DNA from: Sulfolobus acidocaldarius DSM 639
GTDB lineage: Archaea; Thermoproteota; Thermoprotei_A; Sulfolobales; Sulfolobaceae
Length of the DNA stretch: 32,000 bases
Assembly (NCBI RefSeq): GCF_000012285.1
Contig: NC_007181.1
Location: forward strand, 330,001-362,000
Reading direction: 5' to 3'
A program made the translations under genes and the position numbers. The stretch's first letter is position 1; each line of letters opens with the position of its first letter. The notes below the pieces were generated by a model. The model had not been told where the DNA came from. It searched no databases and worked only from the letters and a program-made list of their open reading frames with translations. This document shows positions 1 through 10,100 of the stretch, piece by piece.

Positions 1-1356
1 ATTGCGATACCCTCAGGTGTCTACGCAAGCGGAAGCTTATTCTTCTACGCTGTACCATACGTAGCATGGACATTTGGAATTGCCTTATTGACAATGCCAA
101 GACTTTGGAGTATATCGAGAAGGAGAGGATACATAACTGCAGCTGATTTCGTTAAAGATAGATTTAATAACAGACCATTATCAGTGGCAGTTGCCTTAAC
201 TGGAGCAGTGGCAGAATTACCATATATTGCATTACAGATATTTGGAATGCAGGCTGTCCTTACAGTCCTACTAATCGGACTAGGTGTAACAGGAACCTAT
301 GGGGGACTATCGGTAAGCGAATGGGCACTAATTATAGCTTTCATAGTATTGGCTGCATTTACCATAACCAGTGGTCTAAGAGGAGCAGCACTTACAGCCG
401 TGTTTAAGGATATTCTTATCTGGATCACAGTATTAACTGTTATTATAGCAGTACCGTTAGCTTATGGTGGGTTCTCCCACGCATTTTCTGCAATAGAGGC
501 AATAAAAGGAAAAGGAGCTGCAGCATATGAATTTCTCAGTCCAAGCGCCATAACAAACTATTTTACGTTAGCTCTAGGGAGTGCGATGGCTCTATATCTT
601 TACCCACATTCTATAAACGGTTCATTGTCAGCACAAGATACAGATAAGCTAAAGAAGAGTACATCATTACTTCCATTATATGGAGTAGGATTAGCGCTAT
701 TAGCGTTATTCGGAATATTGATTTATGCTGTCCCATCAGCTCTGAGCATAGTTGTTTCAAACAAAAACGGCGCTTTAACTGTTCCAAGTTTAATAGCTGC
801 AACAATGCCTAGTTGGTTCGTAGGTTTAGGCTTAGTGGCAATATTCGTAGGAGGATTAGTGCCAGCGGCAATAATGGCAATAGGAGCCTCAAATCTATTG
901 ACAAGAAATGTGATAGGAGAGTTCAAAAAACTATCACCAAGGACTGAGTCGAACTTAGCTAAGATAATATCCACTGTATTTAAATTCGCAGCCTTAGCGT
1001 TCATCTTCATTGTACAGGCTACATATGCTGTGCAGCTTCAATTATTGGGAGGAATCTTAATACTTCAAACTCTTCCTGCAGTATTCTTAGGACTTTACAC
1101 TAACAAGCTAGAGGGATATTCTACTTTCGCAGGTTGGATTGCAGGTATAGCTTCAGGTGTTTACATGGTACTTTACACTAATAACTTCGGAACTTTATTA
1201 AAGTCGTATTTAGCTACTCCTTATGGTCCAATTTACATTGGAGTCTTATCGCTGGCAATAAACATACTTGTGACAGTTATTGGAACTTTAATAGCCTATG
1301 GAGTAGGCTGGAGGCCATCTCAGAAAATTAAGGCAGAAGAATTTGAAGTAGTATAA
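1..1356 (+). CDS. Solute:sodium symporter family (SSS/SLC5-type) permease, 3' part; 5' end outside the window
   Basis: Frame 1 is open from base 1 ([36 protein letters not shown]...), so the ATG at 88 is probably internal. Many hydrophobic TM segments and SSS-like motifs ([30 protein letters not shown]-type region). Confidence 0.85.
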   Translation: MAIPSGVYASGSLFFYAVPYVAWTFGIALLTMPRLWSISRRRGYITAADFVKDRFNNRPLSVAVALTGAVAELPYIALQIFGMQAVLTVLLIGLGVTGTYGGLSVSEWALIIAFIVLAAFTITSGLRGAALTAVFKDILIWITVLTVIIAVPLAYGGFSHAFSAIEAIKGKGAAAYEFLSPSAITNYFTLALGSAMALYLYPHSINGSLSAQDTDKLKKSTSLLPLYGVGLALLALFGILIYAVPSALSIVVSNKNGALTVPSLIAATMPSWFVGLGLVAIFVGGLVPAAIMAIGASNLLTRNVIGEFKKLSPRTESNLAKIISTVFKFAALAFIFIVQATYAVQLQLLGGILILQTLPAVFLGLYTNKLEGYSTFAGWIAGIASGVYMVLYTNNFGTLLKSYLATPYGPIYIGVLSLAINILVTVIGTLIAYGVGWRPSQKIKAEEFEVV

Positions 1357-1630
1357 AGAATTATATAATCAGAATTTTTCTAAGTTATTTCTCTTTTTTC
1401 CTGTACCAATTTCAACATAAATACTATTTATATCCTGAAAGGAAAAACTCATAATAGACAAATGACTATGGAATACCATGGCAAAGACTAATAAAGCTTA
1501 AGACAAAAGTAGTAATATGAGGTGTGATAGAATGATTAGAGATATAGATTTAGACTATTACCTTACCCTAGTTGCTCTAGGATTCTATTAAGATTCTTAA
1601 TTTATTAGATAGAGTGCCTATTAGTTTAGA

Positions 1631-1996
1631 GTGGAATACCCATATTTTGACTTAAAGACTGCAAGAGAATTGTTACCATGGTTAAGAGAAAAGCTAAAGG
1701 AGATAAAGAGAGTGAAGAGATTAGTTGAGGAGAGTTTAGTTAGGGGCGATAAAAGCTCAATATTCAAGTACACTGTTCAAGTAGACATGATTGTAAGGGA
1801 AATCACAGAAAAAGGGATTGTTCTGAGGGATCCTGATATAGGACTAGTTGATTTTCCTGCCCTAATAAACAACAAACCAGCATATCTGTGTTGGAAACTT
1901 GATGAAGAAGATATTTTATACTGGCATTACGCTGAAGAAGGATTCAGAGGAAGAAAAAGAATATCTGGTACTGAGGACATTCTTAGTCTGACTTAG
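1631..1996 (+). CDS. DUF2203-type small conserved protein
   Basis: 121 aa ORF with ...REITEKGIVLRDPDIGLVDFPALINNKPAYLCWKLDEEDILYWHYAEEGFRGR..., typical of the DUF2203 family. Confidence 0.75.
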   Translation: MEYPYFDLKTARELLPWLREKLKEIKRVKRLVEESLVRGDKSSIFKYTVQVDMIVREITEKGIVLRDPDIGLVDFPALINNKPAYLCWKLDEEDILYWHYAEEGFRGRKRISGTEDILSLT

Positions 1997-2876
1997 ACTT
2001 AGGTGACTTCTTATAAACTTCTATAACTGAGGCAAAATCACTATCTCCATAACCTAGACCGTCTGCCAATCTATATAATTGAAGTGATATAGAAGTTAAA
2101 GGTGTGATCACTTTTAGGTTTTGGGATTCTCTTACTGCTATTTCGAGATCTTTAGCCATATGCTTAGTTGCAAACTGTGTTGAATAGTCACCACTAATTA
2201 CTTTAGGTAATTTGAGCTCCATAAAGGGAGACTTCACACTGGCATATTGAGATAAGATCGTCTTTATCTCTTCAGGATCCAAGCCAGATCTTACTCCAAA
2301 AGTAAAAGCCTCAGCTAATGCCGTCATATATATACCAGTAAGCAAATTGTTGGCGATTTTAGCATAAAGAGCAGATCCGTTCTTGCCCACATAAATAACG
2401 TTAGCAGCTGTTTCCTTTAGAACGTCCTGAACTATGTTGAATTTTTCCTTAGGTCCTCCAACTAGTACAGTTATCTTCTTTTGCTCAACAGCAATGGTAG
2501 TGCCTATAACAGGTGTATCAAACATAATACCTCCGTGTTTAGATACTTCATTAGAAAGTGAGATAGATGTGGATGGGGATATGGTTGACATATCTACTAT
2601 TATTTTGTCTTTTACATATGGAAGCAAAGGAGTGATAAAGGATTTTACAGCCTCGTCGTCTGAAAGCATAGTGATTAAGAAGTCTACTGACTGAATTAAC
2701 GACTTTGGGTCTTCCGCGTATTTAACACCGTACTCCTTATGGAATTGCTCTGCTTTACTCACTGTCCTGTTATATACCATATTTAATTTTCCTGCCTTAG
2801 CTAAATTAGCCGCTATCCTATAACCCATTATTCCTAAACCAGCCAATCCTATACGCATAGAAAGAAATATGACCAC
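1983..2876 (-). CDS. NAD(P)-binding beta-hydroxyacid / 3-hydroxyisobutyrate dehydrogenase family oxidoreductase
   Basis: N-terminal Rossmann motif MRIGLAGLGIMGYRIAANLAKAG, later FDTPVIG and GKNGSALYAKIANNLL motifs. ATG candidates occur at the start and again at MRIGLAG. Confidence 0.88.
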   Translation of the reverse strand: MVIFLSMRIGLAGLGIMGYRIAANLAKAGKLNMVYNRTVSKAEQFHKEYGVKYAEDPKSLIQSVDFLITMLSDDEAVKSFITPLLPYVKDKIIVDMSTISPSTSISLSNEVSKHGGIMFDTPVIGTTIAVEQKKITVLVGGPKEKFNIVQDVLKETAANVIYVGKNGSALYAKIANNLLTGIYMTALAEAFTFGVRSGLDPEEIKTILSQYASVKSPFMELKLPKVISGDYSTQFATKHMAKDLEIAVRESQNLKVITPLTSISLQLYRLADGLGYGDSDFASVIEVYKKSPKSKSD

Positions 2877-3030
2877 GAGAATATAAGGTTTTTATAAAAT
2901 CAATTGACGTAAAAGCCAAATACAAGAGATTTAGTCTCAACACTAAAATTATTTTGAGAAGAAGAAAAACATTAAACAGATTTTAAAGCTTCATAATTGA
3001 TATAGAAAAATAAAATGTTGTTTTTATTTT

Positions 3031-3417
3031 TTAGAATCCGTATCCGTGATGGTGATGATGGTGGAAGTGTTCTTCTGCATACATGTCTTCTTCCAGTTCT
3101 TCGGTCATATTCTTCTTCACTGTCTCAAGATTATTTAGAACGTCATTCAATGTTTTTAATTCTGTTGGAACGTACTTTATTCTCCCGTGGCTCATCATAT
3201 ATGAACCAGGGCATAAGAACTGTTTGCCTACTATAATCGCCTCTGGTGGTGGATTTATAGCATTAAGTATAATGTCCATTGTAGCCTCTTTACTACCCAT
3301 ACCTGCATTCTCGTATTGTTCTACTTCTTTTTTCTCTTCGTCAATAATTCCTATAATTTCTGCCTCATCTAAGGGCTTTAGATTATACTCTTTATCATAG
3401 GTTACAGCTATTCTCAT
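3031..3417 (-). CDS. Small protein resembling the dinitrogenase iron-molybdenum cofactor biosynthesis (NifX/NifB-like) fold, with a natural C-terminal hexahistidine tail
   Basis: 128 aa ORF starting MRIAVTYDKEYNL and ending ...EEDMYAEEHFHHHHHHGYGF. Confidence 0.65.
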   Translation of the reverse strand: MRIAVTYDKEYNLKPLDEAEIIGIIDEEKKEVEQYENAGMGSKEATMDIILNAINPPPEAIIVGKQFLCPGSYMMSHGRIKYVPTELKTLNDVLNNLETVKKNMTEELEEDMYAEEHFHHHHHHGYGF

Positions 3418-3603
3418 TTTTAATCATTTACAAATCACTTTACAGGTTAATAAGTGTGAATATAATATGGAGTCAAATACTATTATATTTCTTTTTATAG
3501 TAAAAATAAGATTTACGAAATCTACACGAGTAAATGCTAATATTCTTCATTGCTTCAAAAGTTAATATTAAGACTTTTAAGCTACTGGCTACATTATATC
3601 ATT

Positions 3604-3846
3604 ATGCCGACCAATGTAAAAATAGTTTATTGTAGACCCTGTGGATTTTTAGATAGAGCCCTAAATTTAGCTAGAGACCTACTTTCCTATTATGAGGGAG
3701 TTAATGTAGAGTTAGAACAAGGCAAGAATGGGATTTTCGACGTATATGTAGACGGTCAACTGATATTCTCAAGGTTCAAAGAGAAGAGATTCCCCGACAG
3801 TCAAGAAATATTGAAAGAGCTATCAAAGAAAGCTACAGCTCAATAA
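3604..3846 (+). CDS. SelT/SelW/SelH-like (Rdx family) small thioredoxin-fold protein
   Basis: MPTNVKIVYCRPCGFLDRALNLARDLL... with CxxC in a selenoprotein-W-like context. ATG at 3604 fits better than the tracked start at 3550. Confidence 0.75.
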   Translation: MPTNVKIVYCRPCGFLDRALNLARDLLSYYEGVNVELEQGKNGIFDVYVDGQLIFSRFKEKRFPDSQEILKELSKKATAQ

Positions 3847-3890
3847 GAGTAAAGAAATAAATTTCTCTTTTTATTTTATCTTTACCATTT

Positions 3891-4880
3891 TTACATCTCT
3901 CTCAATTTTAACAATCTAGCCCCTACACCCAGGAAGACTAAAGTTAAGATGATAATCGTAATCAAGTAGATAGGATTTGGTAACACGTTAAACACTATTG
4001 CCTGCCTAACCACGTCATTAACAATCGAAACTGGCTGATACTCTGCAATTAAACCTAAAATTGATGGGAATATTGATGACGAGTAGAAAGCATTACTTAT
4101 GAACATAAGTGGGAAAACGATAAATGTAGGAACAACATTAGCTAAGAAGATCTTATCCTTAGGCGTCAAACCTAATATAATGGCACCCAGACCAGAAAAC
4201 ATCAACGTCGAGAGAATTAGTACTCCCAAGAACTCTAATATAGAAACAGGGGTAAAGCCCAATATTAAACCTAAACCTAATACAACTATAGAGGATAAGA
4301 TAGTGATGAGAACCTCGTAGATCATTAAAGATAATACCCACTCATAGTCACGTAATGGTGAAGAAGCTAATCTGTCCACAAGTCTATCCCTATAATAACC
4401 TGACCCTACACCAGTAACACCAAATATACCATTAGATAAGGCTATTACCCCAATCACACCTGAAATCTCATATGCTACAGGAGTATTTCTGGTTAAGATA
4501 AGTTGAGAACTAAATATACTAGTTTGATTTGTGTAGTATGAATTTAGATAAGACTGGAGTAAAGGGACATATTCTTGTTCTAGTTGATTATAGTAGACGT
4601 TTTTGGACGTTAAGTTGATAAAAATTACAGGCTCATACTTGACTATAGAAGGAGAGCCACCAATATAAGCTGTAAATAGTCCTGATGCATTAACGTATTT
4701 TCCAACCTTCTGAGCGTTTTCACCAGTCAAATACACTGTAGCATGGGGTTGAAATGCATTCCCTAACAGCGAGAACACCAGGGCTAAAATTAACGGAAAG
4801 AATATCACAAAACCTAATGTAACTCTACTACTCAGGTTATCCTTAATTATAGCCCTAGTAGTCGGAATTACGTTTCTCAA
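3891..4880 (-). CDS. ABC-2 type transporter permease
   Basis: 329 aa with one N-terminal TM, a large extracytoplasmic loop and a block of C-terminal TMs. Overlaps the ATPase gene. Confidence 0.85.
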   Translation of the reverse strand: MRNVIPTTRAIIKDNLSSRVTLGFVIFFPLILALVFSLLGNAFQPHATVYLTGENAQKVGKYVNASGLFTAYIGGSPSIVKYEPVIFINLTSKNVYYNQLEQEYVPLLQSYLNSYYTNQTSIFSSQLILTRNTPVAYEISGVIGVIALSNGIFGVTGVGSGYYRDRLVDRLASSPLRDYEWVLSLMIYEVLITILSSIVVLGLGLILGFTPVSILEFLGVLILSTLMFSGLGAIILGLTPKDKIFLANVVPTFIVFPLMFISNAFYSSSIFPSILGLIAEYQPVSIVNDVVRQAIVFNVLPNPIYLITIIILTLVFLGVGARLLKLREM

Positions 4881-5604
4881 AGTTTTCCCCCCTTAACTCT
4901 CTCATTAACTCAAGATAAGCATCTTCCAATGAGGAGCTATTAAATTCATTTACAAGCTCCCTGGGAGAAGTCTCCTTGATCATTTTCCCCTTATAAATAA
5001 CCACAACCCTATCTGCTAACTTTTCAGCTTCGTCTAAATAATGAGTAGCTAGAAATATTGTAATTTTCTTTTCCTTTAAGGCTCGAATTATATCCCACAT
5101 CTTTCTCCTTGACTCAGGATCTAATCCAACAGTAGGTTCATCCAGAAACACAATCTTTGGGTTACCGACTATACCACAGGCTATAGCTACTCTTCTCTTT
5201 AATCCCCCAGACAAATTCCTGAATCTCTTCTTCTCATGTTCCTTTAAATCTAAAAGTTCTAAAACCTCTTCGACCTTATTTTTCGCTTTATAAAGTGAGG
5301 CAAAGTACTCAATATTTTCTCTTACACTTAAATCAGCAAAACCTTGAAATTCCTGTGGTACACTACTTACCATTTCTCTTATTTTTTTACATTCCTTAGG
5401 AACTTCATAGCCTAAGACTATAACCTTGCCCTTAGTTGGCTTTAATACACATGAGAGGATTTTCACTGTAGTCGTCTTTCCAGCACCATTGGGACCTAGA
5501 ATTGTGAAAATTTCTCCTTCATTAACATTAAAGGATATGCCCCTCAAAGCCTCTATTCCACCCTTATAAACTTTCCATAAATCTTCAATAGTTATAATAC
5601 TCAT
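4855..5604 (-). CDS. ABC transporter ATP-binding protein (DrrA/CcmA-like)
   Basis: Walker A GPNGAGKTT, signature LSGGLKRRVAIACG, Walker B KIVFLDEPTVGLD. ATG at 5604 (MSIITIEDLWKVYKGG) is preferred; the tracked ORF to 5868 runs into the divergent gene. Confidence 0.92.
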   Translation of the reverse strand: MSIITIEDLWKVYKGGIEALRGISFNVNEGEIFTILGPNGAGKTTTVKILSCVLKPTKGKVIVLGYEVPKECKKIREMVSSVPQEFQGFADLSVRENIEYFASLYKAKNKVEEVLELLDLKEHEKKRFRNLSGGLKRRVAIACGIVGNPKIVFLDEPTVGLDPESRRKMWDIIRALKEKKITIFLATHYLDEAEKLADRVVVIYKGKMIKETSPRELVNEFNSSSLEDAYLELMRELRGENFEKRNSDY

Positions 5605-5632
5605 ATAGTTAGCATGAGTTAGGGAACCTATT

Positions 5633-6574
5633 ATGCGTTTCGGAAAATTAAATCCTAAAGCCTTCCTCCACAGATTACCCATAGGAAATTGTGTAGTATG
5701 CCCAGGCATAGGAGAAGACGATGCATACGTAAAAGTAGAAGGCGAATATCTTGTTATACACTCTGATCCAATAACAGAAACAGGCAAGGATGCAGGATAT
5801 TTGTCTGTTGTAGTTGCCTGTAATGACGTAAATATGAAAGGGGTTGAATGTAAGTCAATAATTACCACCCTTTTACTTCATGACGAGGAAAGTCTATCTC
5901 CTGTCATTGAGGGGATAAGTGAGGCATGTAACATACTGAAGTGTAAAGTAGTTGGTGGGCATACTGAGCTAACCAAAGGATTAGACAGAGATATTGTAGT
6001 AACTACAGCTTTTTCATTTTCTAATCACGTTCTACGCCTCTCAGACGTAAGGGAAAATGACTATATAGTTCTTTTCGGTAACCCTGGAATTGAGGGCACT
6101 TGGATTTTGGCAAATGAATATGAGGATAAACTGAGTAGACTGGGAGTTAGTAGAAACCTCATTGAAAGAGCCAAGAGATTCAAATATCTTATTCCAGTGC
6201 AGGATAAAGCTATGAAAGTTAAGGACTATGCAATATCAATGCATGATGCTACGGAAGGTGGTATTTATCAAGCATTATTGGAAGTGGCTCAAGCTACTAA
6301 CCTAAGAGTAGTTGTAGAAAAGGAGAAAATACCTTTACTAGAGGAAACTGTCGAGATCACTAAAGCACTGAATATAAACCCATATACGCTAATTTCGTCT
6401 GGAGCCTTCATAGTTATAACTAGAGACTATGAAAAATTAACTCGATTAGGAGGAGTTTTAATAGGTAAACTCAAGAGGGATACACCTGCACTTGAGGTAA
6501 ACGGTGAAGTTTACACTGAGGATTTTGAAGAGGAGTTGGTAAGGTTTGAAGGCTATAATAATGGCGGGAGGTAA
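5633..6574 (+). CDS. AIR synthase-related / HypE-like ATP-binding protein
   Basis: PGIGEDDAYVKVEGEYLVIHSDPI, VVGGHTEL, SMHDATEGGI and SSGAFIV motifs of the PurM/HypE/SelD superfamily. Confidence 0.8.
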   Translation: MRFGKLNPKAFLHRLPIGNCVVCPGIGEDDAYVKVEGEYLVIHSDPITETGKDAGYLSVVVACNDVNMKGVECKSIITTLLLHDEESLSPVIEGISEACNILKCKVVGGHTELTKGLDRDIVVTTAFSFSNHVLRLSDVRENDYIVLFGNPGIEGTWILANEYEDKLSRLGVSRNLIERAKRFKYLIPVQDKAMKVKDYAISMHDATEGGIYQALLEVAQATNLRVVVEKEKIPLLEETVEITKALNINPYTLISSGAFIVITRDYEKLTRLGGVLIGKLKRDTPALEVNGEVYTEDFEEELVRFEGYNNGGR

Positions 6575-7037
6575 GGGAAGTAGAATATCCCCATATAAAC
6601 CAATCCTAGAAATATGTGGTTTTCCGATGTACTACTGGGTTTATAGAAGTCTGAGAGAGTTTGCAGAGGAGATATACCTTGCAATTACCCCTTGGAGTTC
6701 CCTTATCTTCTCAGATATTCCTAAGATCATTACATATGGTAATGGTTATGAGAATGATGTTATAGAAGCTGTTAAACAAGTAGGATTTCCTGTTATAGTC
6801 ACACCCTCTGATACGCCATTAATTCCTAAACACGTGTTTATGAAACTGATCAATGATTGTAGGGCTCAAATCTGCTCCATCAAGGACGTAAAAGACTACG
6901 TAGGAATTAGCCTGTGGAAATCTTTGAAGTTAAACGAATACCAGGATATACTAGTTGAGGAAGAAATCCTAAATGTAAATACTCCTGAAGATTATAGGAA
7001 AGTCAAAAATATATGTGGCAATATAGATGAAAACTAA
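6546..7037 (+). CDS. cobY: NTP:adenosylcobinamide-phosphate nucleotidyltransferase, CobY-like
   Basis: MKAIIMAGGKGSRI...KPILEICGFPM nucleotidyltransferase signature, short 163 aa, VTPSDTPLIP. Cobalamin gene neighbourhood. Confidence 0.78.
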   Translation: MKAIIMAGGKGSRISPYKPILEICGFPMYYWVYRSLREFAEEIYLAITPWSSLIFSDIPKIITYGNGYENDVIEAVKQVGFPVIVTPSDTPLIPKHVFMKLINDCRAQICSIKDVKDYVGISLWKSLKLNEYQDILVEEEILNVNTPEDYRKVKNICGNIDEN

Positions 7038-7783
7038 TGGCTAATAGAATTATAGTCTTCTTTCCGGTCAGGGGAATTACAGCGATTCTTTACGTATTCC
7101 TCGCCTTATTTCTGTTCATTATCTCACTTAGCTACTTCACCTATTTATTTAGACTAATAGGACTGTCCCATGGATTAGCATTCGTTTTCTCTTCTTTATT
7201 AACAATCTTCAGCTTTTTATTCAGCTCCGTGAATATTGTTGTCAAAGAGGTTCAAAGGGAAAGAGAGCTAGTACCAGAAGTAGATGTAGTTTATGTATTT
7301 GGAATCCCTCTTCCTGTTACAAGATTGTCCATAAAGCCTAGGAAAACATTGATAGCAATTAATGTTGGAGGATGCCTAATTCCCCTAATAATCTCCATTC
7401 TATTAATATACTTTGCTTTCCATAATTTACACAACATAATACTTCTCGTTGTAGATGTTATAATCCTGATTGCAGCATCAAAATACTTTTCAAAAGTCAT
7501 GGAAGGTGTAGGAGTAGTTATGAATCCTTTAATTCCGCCAATTATCGCAGGGATTTTCAGCGTTTTACTCTTTCTACATAACCCTTATCTAGTTCCTATA
7601 TCGGCATATATCAGTAGTGTATTTGGCACACTAATTGGGGCAGATTTACTTAATATAAGAAGTATATTAGAAGCCAACCCTCAAATTGTGAGTATAGGAG
7701 GAATGGGAACATTTGATGGAATATTCCTATCAGGCTTATTCTCTATAATTATAGGAGAACTCCTTTTAGCCCTAATTATCTAA
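7037..7783 (+). CDS. DUF1614-like integral membrane protein
   Basis: 248 aa with several TMs and NVGGCLIPLIISI and IGGMGTFDGIFLSG motifs. Start codon overlaps the preceding stop by one base. Confidence 0.65.
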   Translation: MANRIIVFFPVRGITAILYVFLALFLFIISLSYFTYLFRLIGLSHGLAFVFSSLLTIFSFLFSSVNIVVKEVQRERELVPEVDVVYVFGIPLPVTRLSIKPRKTLIAINVGGCLIPLIISILLIYFAFHNLHNIILLVVDVIILIAASKYFSKVMEGVGVVMNPLIPPIIAGIFSVLLFLHNPYLVPISAYISSVFGTLIGADLLNIRSILEANPQIVSIGGMGTFDGIFLSGLFSIIIGELLLALII

Positions 7784-8063
7784 ACCTAAGCGGTTCTCCT
7801 CTCCTGGTCTTTATCTCAGCTATACCTTCTTTTCCCTCCTTATATCTCATCTTAACCTTTCCACCTTCAAAGACAGCCTCAATGTATCTAATATCCTCGT
7901 CATCCCATCTGGCGTACTCTATGATGTCACCAAGCTCAAACTTTTCAGAAATACCCCTCAGCATCCTTAATTCATAGTCCCTTATTGGCTCTCTTCTTTT
8001 AGGTGTTGTAAAAGCGTATAGTCTTCTCACAATTATTACTCTTTGGTCATACCTAATAAGCAT
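7776..8063 (-). CDS. Small conserved-looking protein of unknown function at the end of the cbi operon
   Basis: 95 aa ORF starting 6 nt downstream of cbiF, mixed charged composition with no TM. Confidence 0.6.
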   Translation of the reverse strand: MLIRYDQRVIIVRRLYAFTTPKRREPIRDYELRMLRGISEKFELGDIIEYARWDDEDIRYIEAVFEGGKVKMRYKEGKEGIAEIKTRRGEPLRFR

Positions 8064-8069
8064 ACCGTT

Positions 8070-8867
8070 TTATGCTTCATCAACTACTTTCTTTTTCGGT
8101 CTAAATGAATGTGCATGGGAAGGATCGTACACACTAGACCTTATTTGATCCTTATATCTGTTTGGATCTGCAACCTTACCCACAATAATCATACTGTCCT
8201 TCGTCAACTTTTCAGCCTTAACTTTCTGAGCTATATCACCAACTGTTCCTTTGAGTATCTTCTGCTCAGGCCACGTTGCTTTGTATACTACAATTACTGG
8301 CATATCGTCAGGTACTCCTCCCTCTTTCAGTTCCCTAACTACCTTATCTATGAGTTGAACACCTGTATATATTGCCATTGAAGCACCTTTCATAAGAAAG
8401 GGTGCATAGTCTTTTATTGAACCCTCCATAGGAACTGCACCGGAAGCTCTTGTGATAATAACTGTTTGTGAAATCTTAGGTAAGGTTAACTCAATACCTA
8501 GAACACTTGCGGTTGCTATTGCAGCAGTTATCCCGGGAACTAATTCATAAGGTATTCCTGCATCTTGCAGAGCCCAAATCTCCTCTATAAGGGCGCCATA
8601 TATGGAAAAGTCTCCGGATTTTAACCTAGCTATTAACTTTCCCTCGTTGGCTTTCTTTATCATTATATCAGTTATCTCCTCCAAAGTTAAGCTTGCTGTA
8701 TTTACTATTTCAGCGTCCTTCCTAGCCCACTTTAATACTTGAGGATTAACTAATGATCCAGCGTAAAGTACTACATCAGCGTCCTCTATAACGTTTTTAG
8801 CTCTTACAGTAATAAGTTCAGGATCTCCGGGACCTGCACCTATGAAAACAACTTTACCCTTTTTCAT
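8070..8867 (-). CDS. cbiF: Cobalt-precorrin-4 C11-methyltransferase
   Basis: KVVFIGAGPGDPELITVRAKNVIEDADVVLYAGSLV and RLKSGDFSIYGA...YELVPGITA motifs specific to CbiF/CobM. Confidence 0.92.
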   Translation of the reverse strand: MKKGKVVFIGAGPGDPELITVRAKNVIEDADVVLYAGSLVNPQVLKWARKDAEIVNTASLTLEEITDIMIKKANEGKLIARLKSGDFSIYGALIEEIWALQDAGIPYELVPGITAAIATASVLGIELTLPKISQTVIITRASGAVPMEGSIKDYAPFLMKGASMAIYTGVQLIDKVVRELKEGGVPDDMPVIVVYKATWPEQKILKGTVGDIAQKVKAEKLTKDSMIIVGKVADPNRYKDQIRSSVYDPSHAHSFRPKKKVVDEA

Positions 8868-9525
8868 TATTTCTCACCTTACATATCAACATTGAAAAAT
8901 AATCTTTATCGTACTCATTTTCACTCCACGGTATAACCTTCTCCCCGTCTAAATAACACCTCCTTGCATACAGAAGATCATAGTCGTCTTTAAGTTCCTC
9001 CGATATTTTGTCCAAGTTCTCATTACCCTTCAATACTATGATGGTCTCAAAGTCCTGTTTAACCTTTGAAATCAGATCTAATCGGTCAGCGGGAATAATT
9101 GCTATAGCCTCATTTCTTAAGGCTAAAGGCATGAAAGCCTTTGAAGCACATGCAGTTATAGACGAAACACCGGGGACAATCTCAACACTATTAAAACATC
9201 CAAGATAATTACTTACCCTAAAAAATGTACTGTATAGGGAGGGGTCTCCAAGAGTAACAAAAGCCGAGAGAGACTTAGATTTACTACAAATTTCCTCTCC
9301 TATTCTTTCCAAATCCTTTGGGTCAACGTCCTTTTTCATTGGAAAACCCAAAGTGACTATCTCTGCCTTACTGTACTTCTCCACTATACTCAAGGCTAAG
9401 CTCCTGTTAGTGCCAGTTGAATAGGGCACAAAAACGACCTCAGCTTTACTTAGAATTTCCGAACCCCTTACAGTTATCAGATTTGGATCTCCAGGACCTA
9501 AACCTATAACATACAACTGTCTCAT
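8854..9525 (-). CDS. cbiL: Cobalt-precorrin-2 C20-methyltransferase
   Basis: LYVIGLGPGDPNLITVRGSEIL, VTLGDPSLYSTF, VEIVPGVSSITACAS. Confidence 0.88.
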   Translation of the reverse strand: MRQLYVIGLGPGDPNLITVRGSEILSKAEVVFVPYSTGTNRSLALSIVEKYSKAEIVTLGFPMKKDVDPKDLERIGEEICSKSKSLSAFVTLGDPSLYSTFFRVSNYLGCFNSVEIVPGVSSITACASKAFMPLALRNEAIAIIPADRLDLISKVKQDFETIIVLKGNENLDKISEELKDDYDLLYARRCYLDGEKVIPWSENEYDKDYFSMLICKVRNNEKG

Positions 9526-10100
9526 TTTTTCTCACCATATATTATGAAAATTGGGTTTCTTGAAATCATAGCATATCCCTTGCTCGTTTTCATTCCCTTT
9601 GCAACTATTACTTCAATCACTTCAGCCTTATAGCCTAATTCGCTGAGAGTGTGTAAAGCCTTTACTGCACTTTCAATCAGAATGGCATCAAGGACAATCA
9701 TACCTCCCCTTCTAATCTTTTCACTAACAACAGGTATGATTTCTTCTAACCTTTCAGTACCACCTATGAATGCAGAGTCAAGTTCATCATTTATTTTATT
9801 CAATACCTCTGGTGCTTCACCCTCAATAATCTCCACGTTTCTAAGGGAGAATTTCTCCACATTTTTCCTTGTAAGTTCCACAGCCTGAGGATCCCTCTCA
9901 ACAGCATACACTTTACCCTTCTCCCCAACAATTAGCCCTGCCTCTACAGAAACACTACCTGTTCCACTGCCCACATCTAGGAACTTTGCACCGTAGAATA
10001 GCCTAGCCTTGGAAAGAGCTAAAACTCTTATCTCCTCCTTAGTCATAGGGATCTTCTCCTCTCTTATAAATTCCTCATCAGGGATACCTGGGACTCTCAT
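9522..10100 (-). CDS. cbiT: Cobalt-precorrin-6B/7 decarboxylating methyltransferase subunit
   Basis: GIPDEEFIREEKIPMTKEEIRVLALSKARL...FLDVGSGTGSVSVEAG SAM-binding motif of CbiT. Confidence 0.92.
   Translation of the reverse strand: MRVPGIPDEEFIREEKIPMTKEEIRVLALSKARLFYGAKFLDVGSGTGSVSVEAGLIVGEKGKVYAVERDPQAVELTRKNVEKFSLRNVEIIEGEAPEVLNKINDELDSAFIGGTERLEEIIPVVSEKIRRGGMIVLDAILIESAVKALHTLSELGYKAEVIEVIVAKGMKTSKGYAMISRNPIFIIYGEKK

Noticed and set aside
611-1010. Minus-strand ORFs at 611..805 and 723..1010
   Set aside because: Antisense to the SSS permease frame, with no domain-like sequence.
1532-1591. 19-codon ORF MIRDIDLDYYLTLVALGFY downstream of the symporter
   Set aside because: Too short to support as a gene without conservation data, although a GAGGTG-like motif precedes it.
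3550-3603. N-terminal extension of the SelW-like ORF
   Set aside because: The family fold starts at MPTNVKIVYC. The upstream 18 codons look like leader/intergenic sequence.
4099-4320. Plus-strand ORF inside the ABC permease gene
   Set aside because: Shadow ORF antisense to a well-supported gene; repetitive Lys/Pro/Asn composition reflects the opposite strand's hydrophobic codons.
5605-5868. 5' extension of the ABC ATPase ORF (tracked start at 5868)
   Set aside because: The extra 88 residues are antisense to the HypE-like gene and do not resemble ABC proteins. The ATPase domain begins at MSIITIEDLW (5604).
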